NCBI GenBank assembly: GCA_951406725.2
Contig: OX597823.1
Location: 4,092,001-4,156,000, forward strand
DNA length: 64,000 nt
Direction of reading: 5' to 3'
Source of the DNA: Octopus vulgaris
Taxonomy: Eukaryota
Part shown: piece after piece, positions 1 through 13,216 of the stretch
Layout: the number at the start of each line of letters is the position of its first letter
Position numbering within the stretch: the stretch's first letter is position 1
Program-made: the position numbers and the translations under genes
The notes under the pieces: model-generated
The model's database searches: none
What the model saw: only the letters and a program-made list of their open reading frames with translations
What the model was told of the DNA's origin: nothing

Positions 1-289
1 CTTCACAAACCTATTCAGATGTTATATTTTGAATCTAAGTCTTCCCTCCAGCACTATTCTCGATTTCATATTTCTCCTTTTCACCAGTGACTCTTCTAAG
101 AGAAAATGCTGTGCTGATAGCAACAACAATGAGAAACTTTAGATTTAACTGAATGAATAAACTCTCTTGGATGCATTGCATTCTCTTTATTTACTCCATT
201 TATAAATTATTTATTTATTTATATGGAAAGTAATGAATGATAGGTGAAATAAATAGTTTGTTCCTTGCGGAAAGTGATGTTATTTTCCG

Positions 290-980
290 CCGGCATGTTA
301 TGACTTTCAAGCCATTTTTGGTCTTCCTGCTTCAGCCATATATAGAAGCTGGCCTTTTCGACTGCCTCCTGTACTCTCCTTATTAGTTTTCTCAGCTCCA
401 AGCTAGAAAAAACAAATCTTATTTTGAATAGCGTTGTCATTTTCCTTTCAATGAAGCCCGTAGCCCCCACTGCCAGGTGGCAATACTCGACATTCCATCC
501 CTGTTCTCTGCACTCTTCGATTAGTTTTTCGTACCTCTTCTCCTTTTGTTTCTCTGCATTGTCGATGTTCTCTTCCCATGGCACTGTCAGTTCTAGTAAA
601 ATTCCTATTCTCTATTCTCTGTCCCATAGGACTAAATCTGGTCTTTTTGTCGTTTTTATGAGTGGAAATATTACCAGTCTTTCCAAATCCATGGCCACCT
701 CCCAGTATCCCTTCCATCTTTCGTCTATCTCGTATATGGTTTTATATCCTTTTCCCTCCTTCTGGAAGTATACTTTCCTGTGCTTTTCCACTTTTGGCTA
801 CTCTCCCCTATTGTACCTCTTGATCTTATCCTTGAGTGCTGCACTTATGATGCCGAGGACTTGATTATACTGCCATGTATATCTTTCTAGTGTTAGTCTG
901 AAGTTTGACAGAACATGTCTAACCGTCGCTTTCTCTCCGCATCTACACTCATCAGTTGTTTTTATGTTCCACCACACCAC
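290..980 (-). mobile_element. Degenerate 3' portion of an RLE-type non-LTR retrotransposon (HERO/R2-like)
   Basis: Minus-strand translation: zinc-knuckle remnant CRCGEKATVRHVLS..RYTWQYNQVL, then RPDLVLWDRE*RIGILLELTVPWEEN...KEKRYEKL...GATGF...AVEKASFYIWLK (PD..E..K restriction-like endonuclease); in-frame stops. Confidence 0.85.
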
Positions 981-1799
981 AACTACAGATGCTGCAGTTC
1001 AGAGGATTCAAATGAGAACAGTTAATGGACCACATGATGTGTGTGGTGGTGGTGGTGGTGGTGGGGGATCACATGATTTCATGGTTGTCTCAGACTTTGC
1101 TGGGTTTGAACAATCCTTCCTCGTTGTGTTAGTGAACTCTGCAACACAGGTTGCTCAACAGTGGTCCTTCATCAACCTGTTGGGGTTGTTGATAATATCT
1201 TGGACATTCTGGAAAAAATGAGGTCTGCTGAAGATGTTTGACTATAGATAATGTCTCTGTCTTGGTTATGAATGACATATCCCTACTAGAAATCTCTGGC
1301 CCTTTTCCTAAATCACAACAATATGGACCCAACCTCATTCAAAAAGCGAGTAATCCTAGTTGATGGCTAGAGCCATGAGTATAGTTTTCCTTTGCACTCC
1401 CTGTGTCAGACTGGAACCTGCAATGTTGATGTCAATACATCTGAAGGAGAAATGGGGGGGGGTTAAAATTTGGTGGTGGCTGCGTAGCAACATCAAGGTT
1501 GTCTCCCTTTTATCTCTCACTAAAGTTTTTTTACTTCACAAATAGAAGTGGTGTGGTCTTGAACTGCTGTTTGAAACCCCCTCCCTCCACACCCTCACGC
1601 ACATGTATATATGTAAATTTGCTTCCCAACCACAAGATTTGGGGTTCAGTCCCACTACATGACATCTTGGGCAAGTATCTTCTGTTATAGCTTCAGGCTG
1701 ACCAAAGCCTTGTGAGTGGATTTGGTAGAGGAACTGAAAGAAGCCCATCGTGTATGTGTGTGTGTGTGAGAGATATGTAGAGACACAAGTGTTTGCCAA

Positions 1800-2090
1800 T
1801 TAAGGGTTCAGAGGCAATTTCCAGAGTGAACACCTATGAATCCCTGGGCATTACAGGAATGTTCAAACAAATCATCATCAAGAATAATGTAGAGGAGGCC
1901 AAGAAAGCCTCCAGATGGCTCTGGTTGAATAGTCGTAATCAGTGGAGTCAGTAGAATTCCACTTGGACACAGACTTAATCAACCTAGGCTGGGTCACCTG
2001 AATGGAGGTGTATGTTGTAAGAGCTGAAACATCCAGTAACCCTAGGATACAATGCTGACCAAATATTGCATCTGTAGATGTTTGTAGAAC
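1800..2090 (+). mobile_element. Extreme 3' end of a second HERO-like LINE
   Basis: 1841-1954 reads SLGITGMFKQIIIKNNVEEAKKASRWLWLNSRNQWSQ*, the same AEKASxxxWL terminal motif as the element at 290-980, followed by a 3'UTR-like tract. Confidence 0.65.
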
Positions 2091-2103
2091 TTATATATAA
2101 ATA

Positions 2104-2234
2104 CAGTAAAGCCTCGTTATACAAGTTTATTCCTTCCTGGAGAATACCCATAAAGTGAAATCACATAAACAGAAAATAAACCTCATAAATCCAGGGTCTC
2201 GTAAAGCGGCCCCTCGTAAAATGAGGTACTACTG
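2104..2234. mobile_element. Tc1/mariner-pogo (Tigger-like) MITE
   Basis: TA|CAGTAAAGCCTCGTTATAC ... GTAAAATGAGGTACTACTG|TA: imperfect TIRs with TA target duplication. Confidence 0.65.
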
Positions 2235-2304
2235 TACATGTATATTTGTCCCTTCCTTTTCTTTGTTCTTAGAATTTAAATCTTTTATACTCCGTTCATT
2301 TCAG

Positions 2305-2397
2305 ATCAAACTTGTAAATATTCGAGCTGATGAAATAGTTGATGGAAACCCTAAATTAACTCTAGGACTAATATGGACTATTATTCTACATTTCCAA
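2305..2397 (+). CDS. shot: Spectraplakin (shot/DST/MACF1/plectin-like) exon: C-terminal helix of CH1
   Basis: ttcatttcAG|ATC...CAA|GTAAGT; 93 nt, [31 protein letters not shown], the canonical plakin/spectraplakin CH1 end; phase 0/0. Confidence 0.97.
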
Positions 2398-3275
2398 GTA
2401 AGTATTTTTTTCTTTATTTACATCGTAAGACTTGAATCTCTGCAGCAAAATCTATTTTCCCCATTATATTTTGTTTCACAGCTTTCCTCCACCCAGTGTT
2501 GCCATCTCACATATTATTGTTCTGTTATATTTTACTACTTTTCCTAAAAAGAAAATTGTCACATTAGTGTGGGTTTGCTAAGCCATCTTAGGGGAATCTC
2601 TTGTTAATGTGAGTTGATCTCTCTCTCTCTCCCTCTACTTTCACTTTCACAACATGCTTATGTCATACTCAATAAATGACCCCAACTTTAAACTGGTGAC
2701 AAGTATTATAATTATAGGTAGTGATTTAAATTCCTTGCACTATTTTCATAATATTATCCAGCAAGTTGTATTACAGAAAACCCCTAACCATTATGTTCAT
2801 TGAATGTTATTCCATTAATTTATGGGATGTACATTTGTAAATATAATGATGTGGATTAAGTATTTGAACATTCAAACTTGGGTGTGGTCAGTGTCTACAC
2901 ACAACCTATCCAACATTAATAGCCAGCAGAGAAGAAAATACAGCTATCAACCATACTATGTATGTATGCATGCTTACATACATACATGCACACACTCAGC
3001 TCCTTGTTATCAGAATATACACAAGTGAGAGGGTCAGAATAGCAGCCAAATGAATCTTTCAAGTGAAGTCTCAAACAAATTTGTCATTCAGGGATGTGCA
3101 TTGGTGCAATATGGCTGAATGGTTAAGAAGTTTGCATTGCAACCGTGAGGTCCCGAGTTCAGTTCTACTGCATGGCATCTTACACAAATATCATTTTCTG
3201 TAGCCTCAAGTTAACATTACATTGTGAATGACATTGGATAGATGGAAACTGTGCAGAAGCCCAGCAGATGGGTTG

Positions 3276-3498
3276 CAGTAATCCTTCGGCTATTGCAGGT
3301 GTTATGATCCAAAACCCTCTGCGATAGGTGAAAATCTGCAAAGTAGAAACAGAACTGTACTGTATATTTTTTTTAATTATTTTTATAATTTGTCTATATT
3401 TATTTTATTATAAATGCAAAACAACACCACGGAGGAATCAAGGTAAGCTTAAATAATGAACTGCGACAGGTGAACTGCAATATGGCAAGGGGTTATTG
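3276..3498. mobile_element. Tc1/mariner-pogo-like MITE
   Basis: CAGTAATCCTTCGGCTATTGCAG ... CTGCAATATGGCAAGGGGTTATTG|TA imperfect TIRs, AT-rich core. Confidence 0.55.
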
Positions 3499-4450
3499 TA
3501 TATCTGTAATTTAAAAGGTACAGCTATGTTAGACACACCCTGCACCAAACGGATTCTATCTGAGAATTACATGAAAGGTACAGGTCTGTGGAATACTCAG
3601 CCACTTGTGTTTTAATTTAGGGGCAGATAATTCAGTAGATCAAACAAGTGAATCCTCATTGTTGAGTGATGGAGAACCGTCACCCCTGTCACCATCACCA
3701 CCCCATATATGGATGTGAATTTTTGTTCATTTCTTCCTTCCAAAGAGTCTCTGCTCATTCTTTCTTCTTCTCCGTCTTCCCCTCAGAGTTGTTCTTTTTG
3801 TTTTTTTGGAACATTTCTTCTGGAACTTTCTCGTGTTGTATTTTGTTATTTTGTTTTTTGTACTGTCTGACTTCATTAACTGTTAAATCACAGCAACAGA
3901 TTCAGATATTGATGTAGAGCAGTTATTACTAGTGAAGCAGACATTTTAATGTCTGGGATACAGAAGATAAAGAGGAGGAGGGGGTTGGTGGTGGTGGAAT
4001 AATGATGGGACTAATGAGAAGGTGAAGGGGAGGAGAGGGATATTATTATTATTATTGGGTTGTGATGAGGATATAATATTAATCTACACTTTATTATTAT
4101 TATTAATAAAAAGAAAGGTGTGTTTGTGTATTTGGGAGTGTTACAGCTGTAGATGTGTACATAAGGATGGACACCTGTGTGTTTTGTTTTTAAGAATCTT
4201 CCTGATTCTCACAGCAAAATCATTTTGTCTGATGGGGAGGAGGGGGGAATAAAATAGTTAGAAATGGCATAAATAGGTACTATGCCTTTCTCTCTTATCC
4301 TTGCACTATTTTAAAATAAAATATTGTTAGTAAGTTAGTAAGCATTCACTTTACACTTACTTTTCAACCAGATGCTAAACATTATACTTTTTTTTATTAT
4401 GGTAGAGGAAGAAGGAAAAAATAGACATAAATTTGTATGTGTTAAATGTG

Positions 4451-4493
<43 letters not shown>

Positions 4494-4754
4494 GAGCAAA
4501 ACGCCCCCCCCCCCATCCAATGGACAGCGCTAAGTTGTCAAACACTTAAACCAAATTTTCTCAAAACAACTTGTCTGACCGTCCCATAGGCCTCCCCTTT
4601 GAGAAACACTGATTTAACCTAAATTTGAGACACCAGCAAAAGAAGAAATAAAGATAGACTTTTTGTCTGTTCCAAATATATATATATATATATATTTACC
4701 CACTGGAGGGGACACCAGACCATTGCAGGATTACTCAGATTTGCCATTTAAATA

Positions 4755-5190
4755 GACTGGAGCAATGTGAAACGAAGTGTTTTGCTCAAGAACACAACAC
4801 ATCAAACCAGTCCAGGAATTGAAACCACAATCTTTTGATCATGAGTCCAACACCGCTAACCACTAAGCCACACACCTTCACAATATATATATAGAAAGTG
4901 TGAAGGTGTGTGGCTCAGTGGTTCGGGTATTTGGTTCACAATCGTAAGGTTGTGAGTTTGATTCCTGCTGGCATGTTGTGTCCCCGAACAAAACATTGTT
5001 TCATTTTGCTCCAGTCCACTCAACTGGCAAAAATGAGTTCTACCTGCAAATTCAAAGAGTGTCGTGTTGCATCCTGTAATGCTGAATCTCCCTGAGGTCT
5101 ATCTTAAGAGTACAGATGTCTGTGGAATGCTCAACCACCAGCGTGATAATCTGGTTGACCAGATCAACAGAATTCTTGCCATTGTAACTG
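4755..5190. mobile_element. Two head-to-head tRNA-derived SINEs (family H); related copies near 35395-35665 (+), 44545-44770 (+), 47880-48110 (-), 50185-50300 (+)
   Basis: A-box TGGCTCAGTGGTT and B-box-like GTTTGATTCC in the + copy, then TTGTGT..TTGAGCAAAACACTT/TTGCTCCAGT body; reverse-complement copy immediately upstream. Confidence 0.7.
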
Positions 5191-6734
5191 ACAGTGTGCT
5201 CATGACAGATGGATAGAGAACTGGTTAATATTCTAAAATTATCTAAACTGAAGAAAGTACTCATAAATAGGGGTGGGGGTAATTCACATCGAAACAGAAA
5301 AATGAGACAGAAATTGAGTCCGGTACAAATGATGTAACCATGTGGGTGTACAGAGTGACTTCTCGTGTATTTTAATTCTTTTGATACCAACCCACCCATG
5401 ACAGCCCTGGCTCTATGAAACAATTACTTGCTTTGAAGTAATACAAACCATTTAGAAACTGCCTTGTGGTTCTATCATTCATTCAGACTTTGTTTTAAAG
5501 TGATCTAAATTCCGTTTAAACTTTGTTAATTTTCATTCCAAACACCAGAAAAAAGAATGAATTATTTTACTAAATTCTAATTATTTTCAAAGTTAATTCA
5601 AACAATGGTAGAGTATTTCAACAGAAATATGATAATAAAAGGGTTTCTATGAATGAAGATTTGGTAAGGGCAGTTTTGTTTCTAAGAACAAGTTGTTGAT
5701 AAATATTAGTTTGGGTTGTTTGGTGTGACCCCCTTTTTTTGTATATACAGTTTCCTTAGTAAATTCTTTTACTCTGTATGTTTTAATTTCATTTAATGTA
5801 ATCTTTCATATTACATTTACTTAAATGTTATATTCAAGCAAACTGACTGAAATTGCTGCTGGTTCTTTGATACAAATTCCGGTTTTAAACTGATTTAAAT
5901 TAAAACCTTCCATCAAAATTCCATTTTAATTTACATTGCAAACACCAGCTTAATAATGAGTTATTTTATTAAATTCTTCATTAGTTTCAAATTAATTGAA
6001 ACAAAGGTAGTGTTTTCCAGCAGAAATATGGTAACAAAAAGGTTAGATAAAAAAAAAAAAAAAAAATAGGTGGTGGTGGTAGTGGGGGTCCTAGATTTTG
6101 TAGATCCTTTTTGGTGTGCAGTAAGGAGTGAATTCCATTGGCTGTCCCCATGTATAAACAAATGTTAAGAAAAGATTAGGTTTGTTTAGTACAGTTGACA
6201 TTTTCAGCTGACTACAGTTTGGAATGCATTCATTCTTAACCCGGCTGTTTCAGGTCACAGAATTCCTCAAGAGGAAAGGGTTGGTGGCTTATTTTTAATG
6301 TAGAATGATTAGATGAGAATCCCAGCAGGGTCAACAGCAGATCTTGTAGGTGCAGCAGCTTGTTAATTTAGAACAGTCGGATGTAGTGTTTTGTGTCTGT
6401 GAAGAGCTATTGCTGTAGCTGATGGAATAGAAGTGGTACATGGATAGCTGATCTGTAAACTGGGTACAAGCGAAGAGAGAGACTGCTAGATTCATCCTCA
6501 TCCTTTTAATGGCCACATTTCTATGCTTGTGTGGGTTAGATGGAATTCCTTGAGGCAGATTTCCCAATGCTATTCCTTATCACCTGCCCTCACTTATTTC
6601 CAAGCAAGATGATATTTCTCATGGTCAGACATGTTCCTATGGAAGGCTGGAAATGAACGTCACTCATTTACAACTATTGTGTGATGCAAAGACGAAGAAA
6701 TGTGCACTCACATGTGTGTGTGCACACGAGAATG

Positions 6735-6736
<2 letters not shown>

Positions 6737-6804
<68 letters not shown>
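6737..6804. repeat. (CA)n microsatellite
   Basis: Perfect dinucleotide run. Confidence 0.95.
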
Positions 6805-6806
<2 letters not shown>

Positions 6807-6997
6807 GGTTTCTCTCTGATTCTACCAAATCTACTTTGGTAGTTGGTTGGGGCTTTAGTAGAAGACACTTTGCCCAATGTGCCACAGAGTGAGATTGAAC
6901 CTGAAACTGTGTGGTTGACAAGCAAACTTCTTACCTCACAGAGCCACACCTGAACCTGTACTATTTAAGAATAATAAATTATTAGTGAATAATTTTT

Positions 6998-7235
6998 CAC
7001 AGGCATGGCCTGAGGTAAGAAGCTTGCTTCAAAACCACATGGTCCTGGGTTCAGTCTTACTGCATGGCATCTTGGGCAAGTGTCTTCTACTATAGCCTCA
7101 GGCCAACCAAAGCCTTGTGAGTGGATTTGGTAGATGGAAACTGAAAGAAGCCCGTTGTGTGTGTGTGTGTATATATATATATATACATACAACCATGCTA
7201 GCACAGAAAATGGATGTTAAACGATGATGATGATG

Positions 7236-7271
<36 letters not shown>

Positions 7272-7458
7272 TTGTCCCCACCACCATCACTTGACAACAA
7301 ATGCTGGTGTGTTTATGTCCCCGTAACATAGCGGTTCAGCAAAAGAGACCGATAGAATAAGTACTAGGCTTACAAAGAATGAGTCCTCAGGTCGATTTGC
7401 TCAACTAAAGGCGGTGCTCCAGCATGGCCACATTCAAATGACTGAAACAAGTAAAAGA
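6998..7458 (+). mobile_element. tRNA-derived SINE family A, full length
   Basis: Head GGCATGGCC..GGTAAGAAGCTTGC..GGGTTCAGTC, CTTGGGCAAGTG core, internal TG/TA microsatellite, tail GACTGAAACAAGTAAAAGA; partial copies near 1620, 3105, 6805 (-), 21390 (-), 31720 (-), 54345 (-), 59380. Confidence 0.85.
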
Positions 7459-8253
7459 ATTACATGTTGTATCTTACGGTGATATAAGTTTGAAGAATTA
7501 TTCACGTGAAGCAACTTTCCAAAATGCTCTGCAAACTATTTTGAATCTAGGAAAGAGCCTTGGCAAGTTTTCCGTTGTAGCCATCAAGCTATTTCCAGTT
7601 ACATATCTGTTATATTGTTTTATTGTCCCCCCCCCCCAAATGGAGGCCAGATTCTTGTCTGTGGTAGAGTAATCCATGGTTGTGTGAGCATGTGTCTACA
7701 GACGCATAGATTAATATCGAATATTTTAGTAAACCAAGTTCAATGTGGAATGGTGTGTACAATGTAGGTAATGGAAACATTGGAATAAAAGAGAATTTTG
7801 GAATCATATAGCATATTGGATGACTTAGAAAGAATTGAGGAGGATGATGAGGAGGAGGGATGGGTTGTGGGGGGGGGATGGCAGTGACAAAATGAAGAAA
7901 GAATTTATTTGGATTGTAGTAGTGCTCTGTAAGGCAGCGTAAAAATTTATCAAAAGAGGTAGACCTTGAAATGCTCAGAATTTCAGGGTCTGGAAGTATC
8001 CCTGGGGAGAGAATATTAGGGAGGGATATGGGGTGATTTTTGAAGCCCTTTCAAATCCCGGTGCCTGATTGAAGAAGCGTTAAACAGATGGTAGCAATGG
8101 AAATGGCGGTGGGATGTAGGTGAGCGTTGTGGCAACTGTAACATGAAAACAGAAAAGCTGAACTTCCATAAGATTGTTTGTTTCTACATGTTGTAGGGGG
8201 GGGGCGATGGAAGAAAATCTTAGATCACTTTCAACTTCTAAATATCAAGAACT

Positions 8254-8291
<38 letters not shown>

Positions 8292-9885
8292 TCTCCCTCT
8301 GTTTAAATACTCTCACACACACACACATTGAGAGAAGGTGAAATAACTGGTTTACCTGGCCAGAAGCCAAGCTACAAGTTAAACCAGAATGTATTGGGCT
8401 GTATGGATGGATGGACGTATGTATGTATGTTTGTATGTGCACACACACACACACACACATTGTCGTAGGAAGGTATCTGTATTGTCAAATACACAGAAGT
8501 GTCGTGAGAGTAGATTACCAAACAAAAAGTACCATGAGGACTAGGAGTTACTTAGAGAGTTGGCTGTAAAGTTTAGGGGGTAAATAATGGGCAAAACAGT
8601 TCAGGGTATGACAAAGTTGCAAGAACCTCTGCTAGAATCATTAAAATGGTAAAGTCCTTTTGACCACCGTTGAAGTGGTAGTACTGTTGGTTAAGTACCA
8701 GCTTTCATACTCGAGATGGTGCACTGAAAATAATTTTTAATTTATTAGAATTATAACTTTGATGAGAAGTTATGTTAATGAATATTATTCTCAGAGCATG
8801 CAAGGGAGAGAATTTCTGTAATTTCAATCAGGTAAAATAGAAAAGGAAAAAATATGCAGAGTGGAGAGGTAGGAAAGTGAGCTTGATTTTTGTCACCAGT
8901 GATGTCAATTCAGGTTATGTTTCAACCTTATTAAACCTCTTCAGTGAAGCATAATCCCTTCAGTGGCCTCCAAACTCATTGATTAATGTTCTACAAGAGC
9001 TCAACTTGCTGTTCTATATCTTATTGTCCAACTGAGAACAAGGAGGTAAAATGTTGATAAATGAATCCCAAGGATTGTCTACACCAAGTGTGAATGTGCT
9101 AAACTTGACTAGGAATTCTTTGCATGAAGATACTCACCTCATCACCACTAATTTCATCTCTTCCGGACTCCACCTCAATGAGCTTTATCTTCTCTTCCAA
9201 AATGTAACCAAGCAGCCCCTCTCTACAGCAACAAACCTGTTCTGCTCTGACCCCTTGTTTTCATACTTTAATCCTTCATCTCCTAGCATAAAGCTACCTC
9301 TGTTAGGTTTTATAGTCTTGTAAGCTGCATGGCGATCACACTAGTGCTGGTGACACGGAAAAGCCCCCAGTGCATTCTGTAAAGTATTTGGCATTAGGAA
9401 GAGCATCCTGATGTGGAAACCATGTCTGAGCAGACACCGGAGCATAATGCAGTCCTTGAACCCATAGGATCCAGTCAGACTTTCCAACTCATGCCAGCAT
9501 GGGAAATGGATGCTAAATGATGGTGATGATAATGCAGGTGTTCAACAAGGCTTAGTCCTTAGCTCCTCATCTTCATTGTAACCTTTGAAACCTTTATTAA
9601 GGACAAGGTATTTGTGACACTGTTCTCATTACTGCTGGAATTTGAACTGAAAGACACGCAGTTACTCTAAGAAATATCCTTAACCCAATAGTCTCAAAAC
9701 ATAACAGTAATGTCCAAGTAAAAAGAAAAAGTTCAAGGAATTCTCAATGCAGATGTAGTTACTGGGTAGAATTAAAGCAGGTGTCTCAAGCATACTGATG
9801 AAGAATAAAAGACTGAATGTACTAAATTCTCCTTTGATAACTAAAATCCTGATCAATCCAGTTCTGAAGTTGATAGACTGCTTGT

Positions 9886-10095
9886 TTAACCCTTTCATTA
9901 CCACATTTCTGTTGAAAATTCACTGCTTTTGTTTCAGTAAATTTTGAAAATAATAAAGAATGTGGTAAAAACTATTGTTAGACTGATGTTTTGGAACATA
10001 AATTAAGATGAAACTTTGATGGAAAATTTTAAAACAAGAAGTTTGTATCTTAGAACTAAGGGTGGTCTTGGGTAGGTTGGTATCAAAAGGGTTAA
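9886..10095. mobile_element. TTAA-flanked MITE family D (piggyBac-like termini); many copies, e.g. 21604-21821, 27325-27540, 30550-30770, 46138-46350, 49013-49242, 52648-52876, 59815-60029
   Basis: TTAA|CCCTTT ... AAAGGG|TTAA termini, about 210-230 bp AT-rich conserved body. Confidence 0.75.
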
Positions 10096-11498
10096 GTACT
10101 GTTAATTACATTTCATAATTAGCACAGCTACTGGTACTATTAATAGCAGTTCAGGGATGGATAGGGAAGTTTAAAGATGTGCTTTCCCGGTTGGTTACTT
10201 AGGGATTCTTTCTCCAAATATATGTCATATTATGCCTCTTGTGTAAAATATATTATCCCGTAAGTCAGTGGAGTTTGGTAAGTAAAGAGAATGGGCAACC
10301 GTAGAACAATTGGTTTTAATGAAAATAAACTTAAATTAGGTTATGGTATCATATCACCTGGTTGGACCTCATTTGTTGCAAAAACTGATTTGTTCAACAG
10401 AGTTGGTTCCACTGATATAGTCTGGTCATTCAGTTGGTTACATAAGCTGGGCTGAAGAAGTTAGTGTGTGTTGGTCATTAGTGAGCTCGTAAGGCAAAGG
10501 TTGGCCCATAGAACACTTTAATAGTAGAAATGGTAGAAAGACAGTCTGGACTGTGATGGAACAAATAAAATGATGCTTTGTTGCAGATTTAGATATTTTT
10601 GATGGTTTTGTCAGATCTTCCAACAGTGACAAATGTTGATATTAAGCTAATCCTCTCTTTTAACCTGATAGGAATCAAGATAATTTATATTTGAGAGTAT
10701 TTCTAAGAATGTAAAATCTAAACTCCAGACTTCACAGTTTCTCGTTTTCTTTTACATTTCCATTAATTCTTTTTCTTTGGTTTTGCATTTCTTCTTCAAA
10801 TCTTTTTCTTCTTCACGCCGTTATTTAATCCTCTTCTCTTTCGGTAAATGATACTAGCTACGCCTTATTCCCTCTTTCTCTCTCTCTATGAAAATCTTCC
10901 TCGTCTTTGTCACTTATTTATTTATAAACCTTTAACTTGGTGCAAGATTCCACCGTACTTTGATTAGTTTTCTTACCATTCCTATGTTGTTCTGCTGAAA
11001 ACCAATATCTTGGAGTTGATGTGATGTGACGGGTAGTTAACGTCTAACTAATAACATCAACAACAAGTCTAGCATTTTTGTCTGTCTGTAAATTATCACC
11101 TCCTGCTTCTCTGTCTCTCTCTCTCCATCTCCATCTCTTTGTACGTATCACTCTACCTGTCTTTCTTTCAAGTTCTGTTTACTGCAAAAGAAAAAAAGTA
11201 TATCACCTTCTTACACAACTTTCATTGCGGATGAATTGCCAGTGGGGTCAGTAGCTGGTTGCTTGTTTGTTCCTCACCAAAATAGCCCATTCTATATTTT
11301 GTTTTCCCTCCACCTGTAGCACCAAAGTGTTGCAGGTAGTTGGTCGGGTTCTGTTCTACTACTCCTATCCAAAATTTCTTCAGATTTATATATCAACATG
11401 TTGACGTATTGTTATCTTTGAAAAGAAGTGTGTGTGAGAGAAGGGGAAAAAAAAAAAAGAAAAGGCACTACATTGGAATTATACTTATTTATTAAAAT

Positions 11499-11558
11499 AT
11501 GGCTTTTTCAAAGGCAAAATCTTGCTTGGTTGCACAACTCCAGCTTCATGAGAAACAG
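11499..11558 (+). CDS. Candidate alternative first coding exon (20 aa)
   Basis: aaaatATGG context; MAFSKAKSCLVAQLQLHEKQ ending at CAG|GTAGGG, phase 0; preceded by about 700 bp of largely repeat-free sequence. Confidence 0.42.
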
Positions 11559-12644
11559 GTAGGGTTAATTTTTGCCTACATTACATATGTATATATATAT
11601 ATATATGTATGTATATATATATATATATATATGTATATAATATGTTTACTGAAATGTATTTGTACTCACTATTAAAACCAGACATCTTTTACTACACAAT
11701 GTTATTTAACTTGTTTTTAATCTTGTTGCGAAGAAACAATTTTCTGCGTATTTTATTTTCTCGCCCTTTTAAGTATTTTAAGCATTATATTAAAAAAAAA
11801 CCAAAAAACTCTCACACATTTATAAAATGTCACAGTTTTAGGCTGTTCTTTTTTTTTTTTTTTTCCAGCTAATATATTTGACTTTTTATTAACCGTATTT
11901 TAAAAATTCTTTACATATGGAAGACCATTCTTATTTGAGGAATTCTCATTCTTTGATCTTTTACCTTTGTTCAAATTTATTTCTTCTAATATGAAAACTT
12001 AACTTAACCTTCTAAATTTAACTCTATTCTTCCAACCCAACGCTATAAATCTGTGCAACTTTATTCAATGCATAATATGGCAGGAAAGTTTTTTGCAAAC
12101 CATATATCTACAACTCGGTTTCAATTCCTGGCTGGAACCCTTACGCCAAAGGGGGAGATCTGCCTTAGGCAATGCTTTTATGAGAGCCGTGCTTTTGGGG
12201 CTGTTGTATAGGCTTGTGGGCCTGGGGTGTGGGGTTGTAAACTTGTGGGTTACCCTGTGTGGTACACACTCTATCTACTTCAGTGCTTGTGCTGTTATCG
12301 CTTACAGCCCTGGGGAATAGCATGAAGGGTGACAGTTTGGCATCTTCCACACTTTGATGACCCAGACATGAAATAATTTCTTGTACAGGGTACAGTGCTA
12401 CCCATTTTGTAAATGGGTGGGGACTGTCACCGACTGAATCAACGCTTTCCACCCATCACTGCCACCCACACCAGTAGGTACCTGGTGCTTGTTTTATCAA
12501 TGCCAGACGAATGAAAGACAGTCAGCAAGCCTAGATACAGCCAGACATTCCTCTTGTCCTCTTTCTGTCACTTCAACCCACCTTTTGCTTAAATAAAGGA
12601 CAGAATTCTCTGAAGATTGAGATTCAGGACTTTCTGTTTGGCTC

Positions 12645-13040
12645 TTGTGTGTGTGCTTGTGTATATGCGTGTGTGTTGTATGTGTGCATCTATGGAGATG
12701 TGTGTATATACATATATGTATGTATGTGTATGTATGTGTGCTTATATGATGTGTGTAGATGCATATATGTGTGTGTATATGCATATGTGTATGTATGCAT
12801 GTGTGTGTATATATGTATGCATGTGTGTGTATATATGTATGCATGTGTGTGTATATATGTATGCATGTGTGTGTATGTATGCGTGCATGCATATGTGTAT
12901 GTATGCATGCGTGCATGTGTGTGTGTGCATGTATATATGTGTATATGCCTGCATGTCTTTGTAAATGTGTATATAGGTATGTATACATTTATCTGTATAT
13001 GTAAATTCATTTTTGTGTGTATATGTATGTGTGTGTGTGT
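12645..13040. repeat. Degenerate TG/TA/TGCA compound microsatellite
   Basis: About 400 bp of alternating purine-pyrimidine repeats; source of spurious ORFs. Confidence 0.9.
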
Positions 13041-13178
13041 ACTCATAGACATGCTCACATACACCTATACATACATCAGATAGAAATATCCTCAGTGGTG
13101 ATAAGACTTTTCTGTAATGAACATGTAACTTGGTCGTTTGTACAATTATATTTGATACTACTTGAATGTTTCAGCAGC

Positions 13179-13214
<36 letters not shown>

Positions 13215-13216
<2 letters not shown>

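Noticed and set aside
1060-1500. More GC-rich tract that may be a decayed LINE fragment
   Set aside because: No diagnostic motif recognisable by eye
3895-3950. DSDIDVEQLLL, resembling the ISDI.V start of CH2 (possible mutually exclusive exon)
   Set aside because: No phase-0 acceptor gives this frame, a stop follows within 16 codons, and there is no further CH2 similarity
12497-13083. Overlapping long ORFs on both strands (CVYM/HTHI repeats)
   Set aside because: Translations of a TG/TA microsatellite; same for 6653-6949, 43536-43793 and 63366-63671
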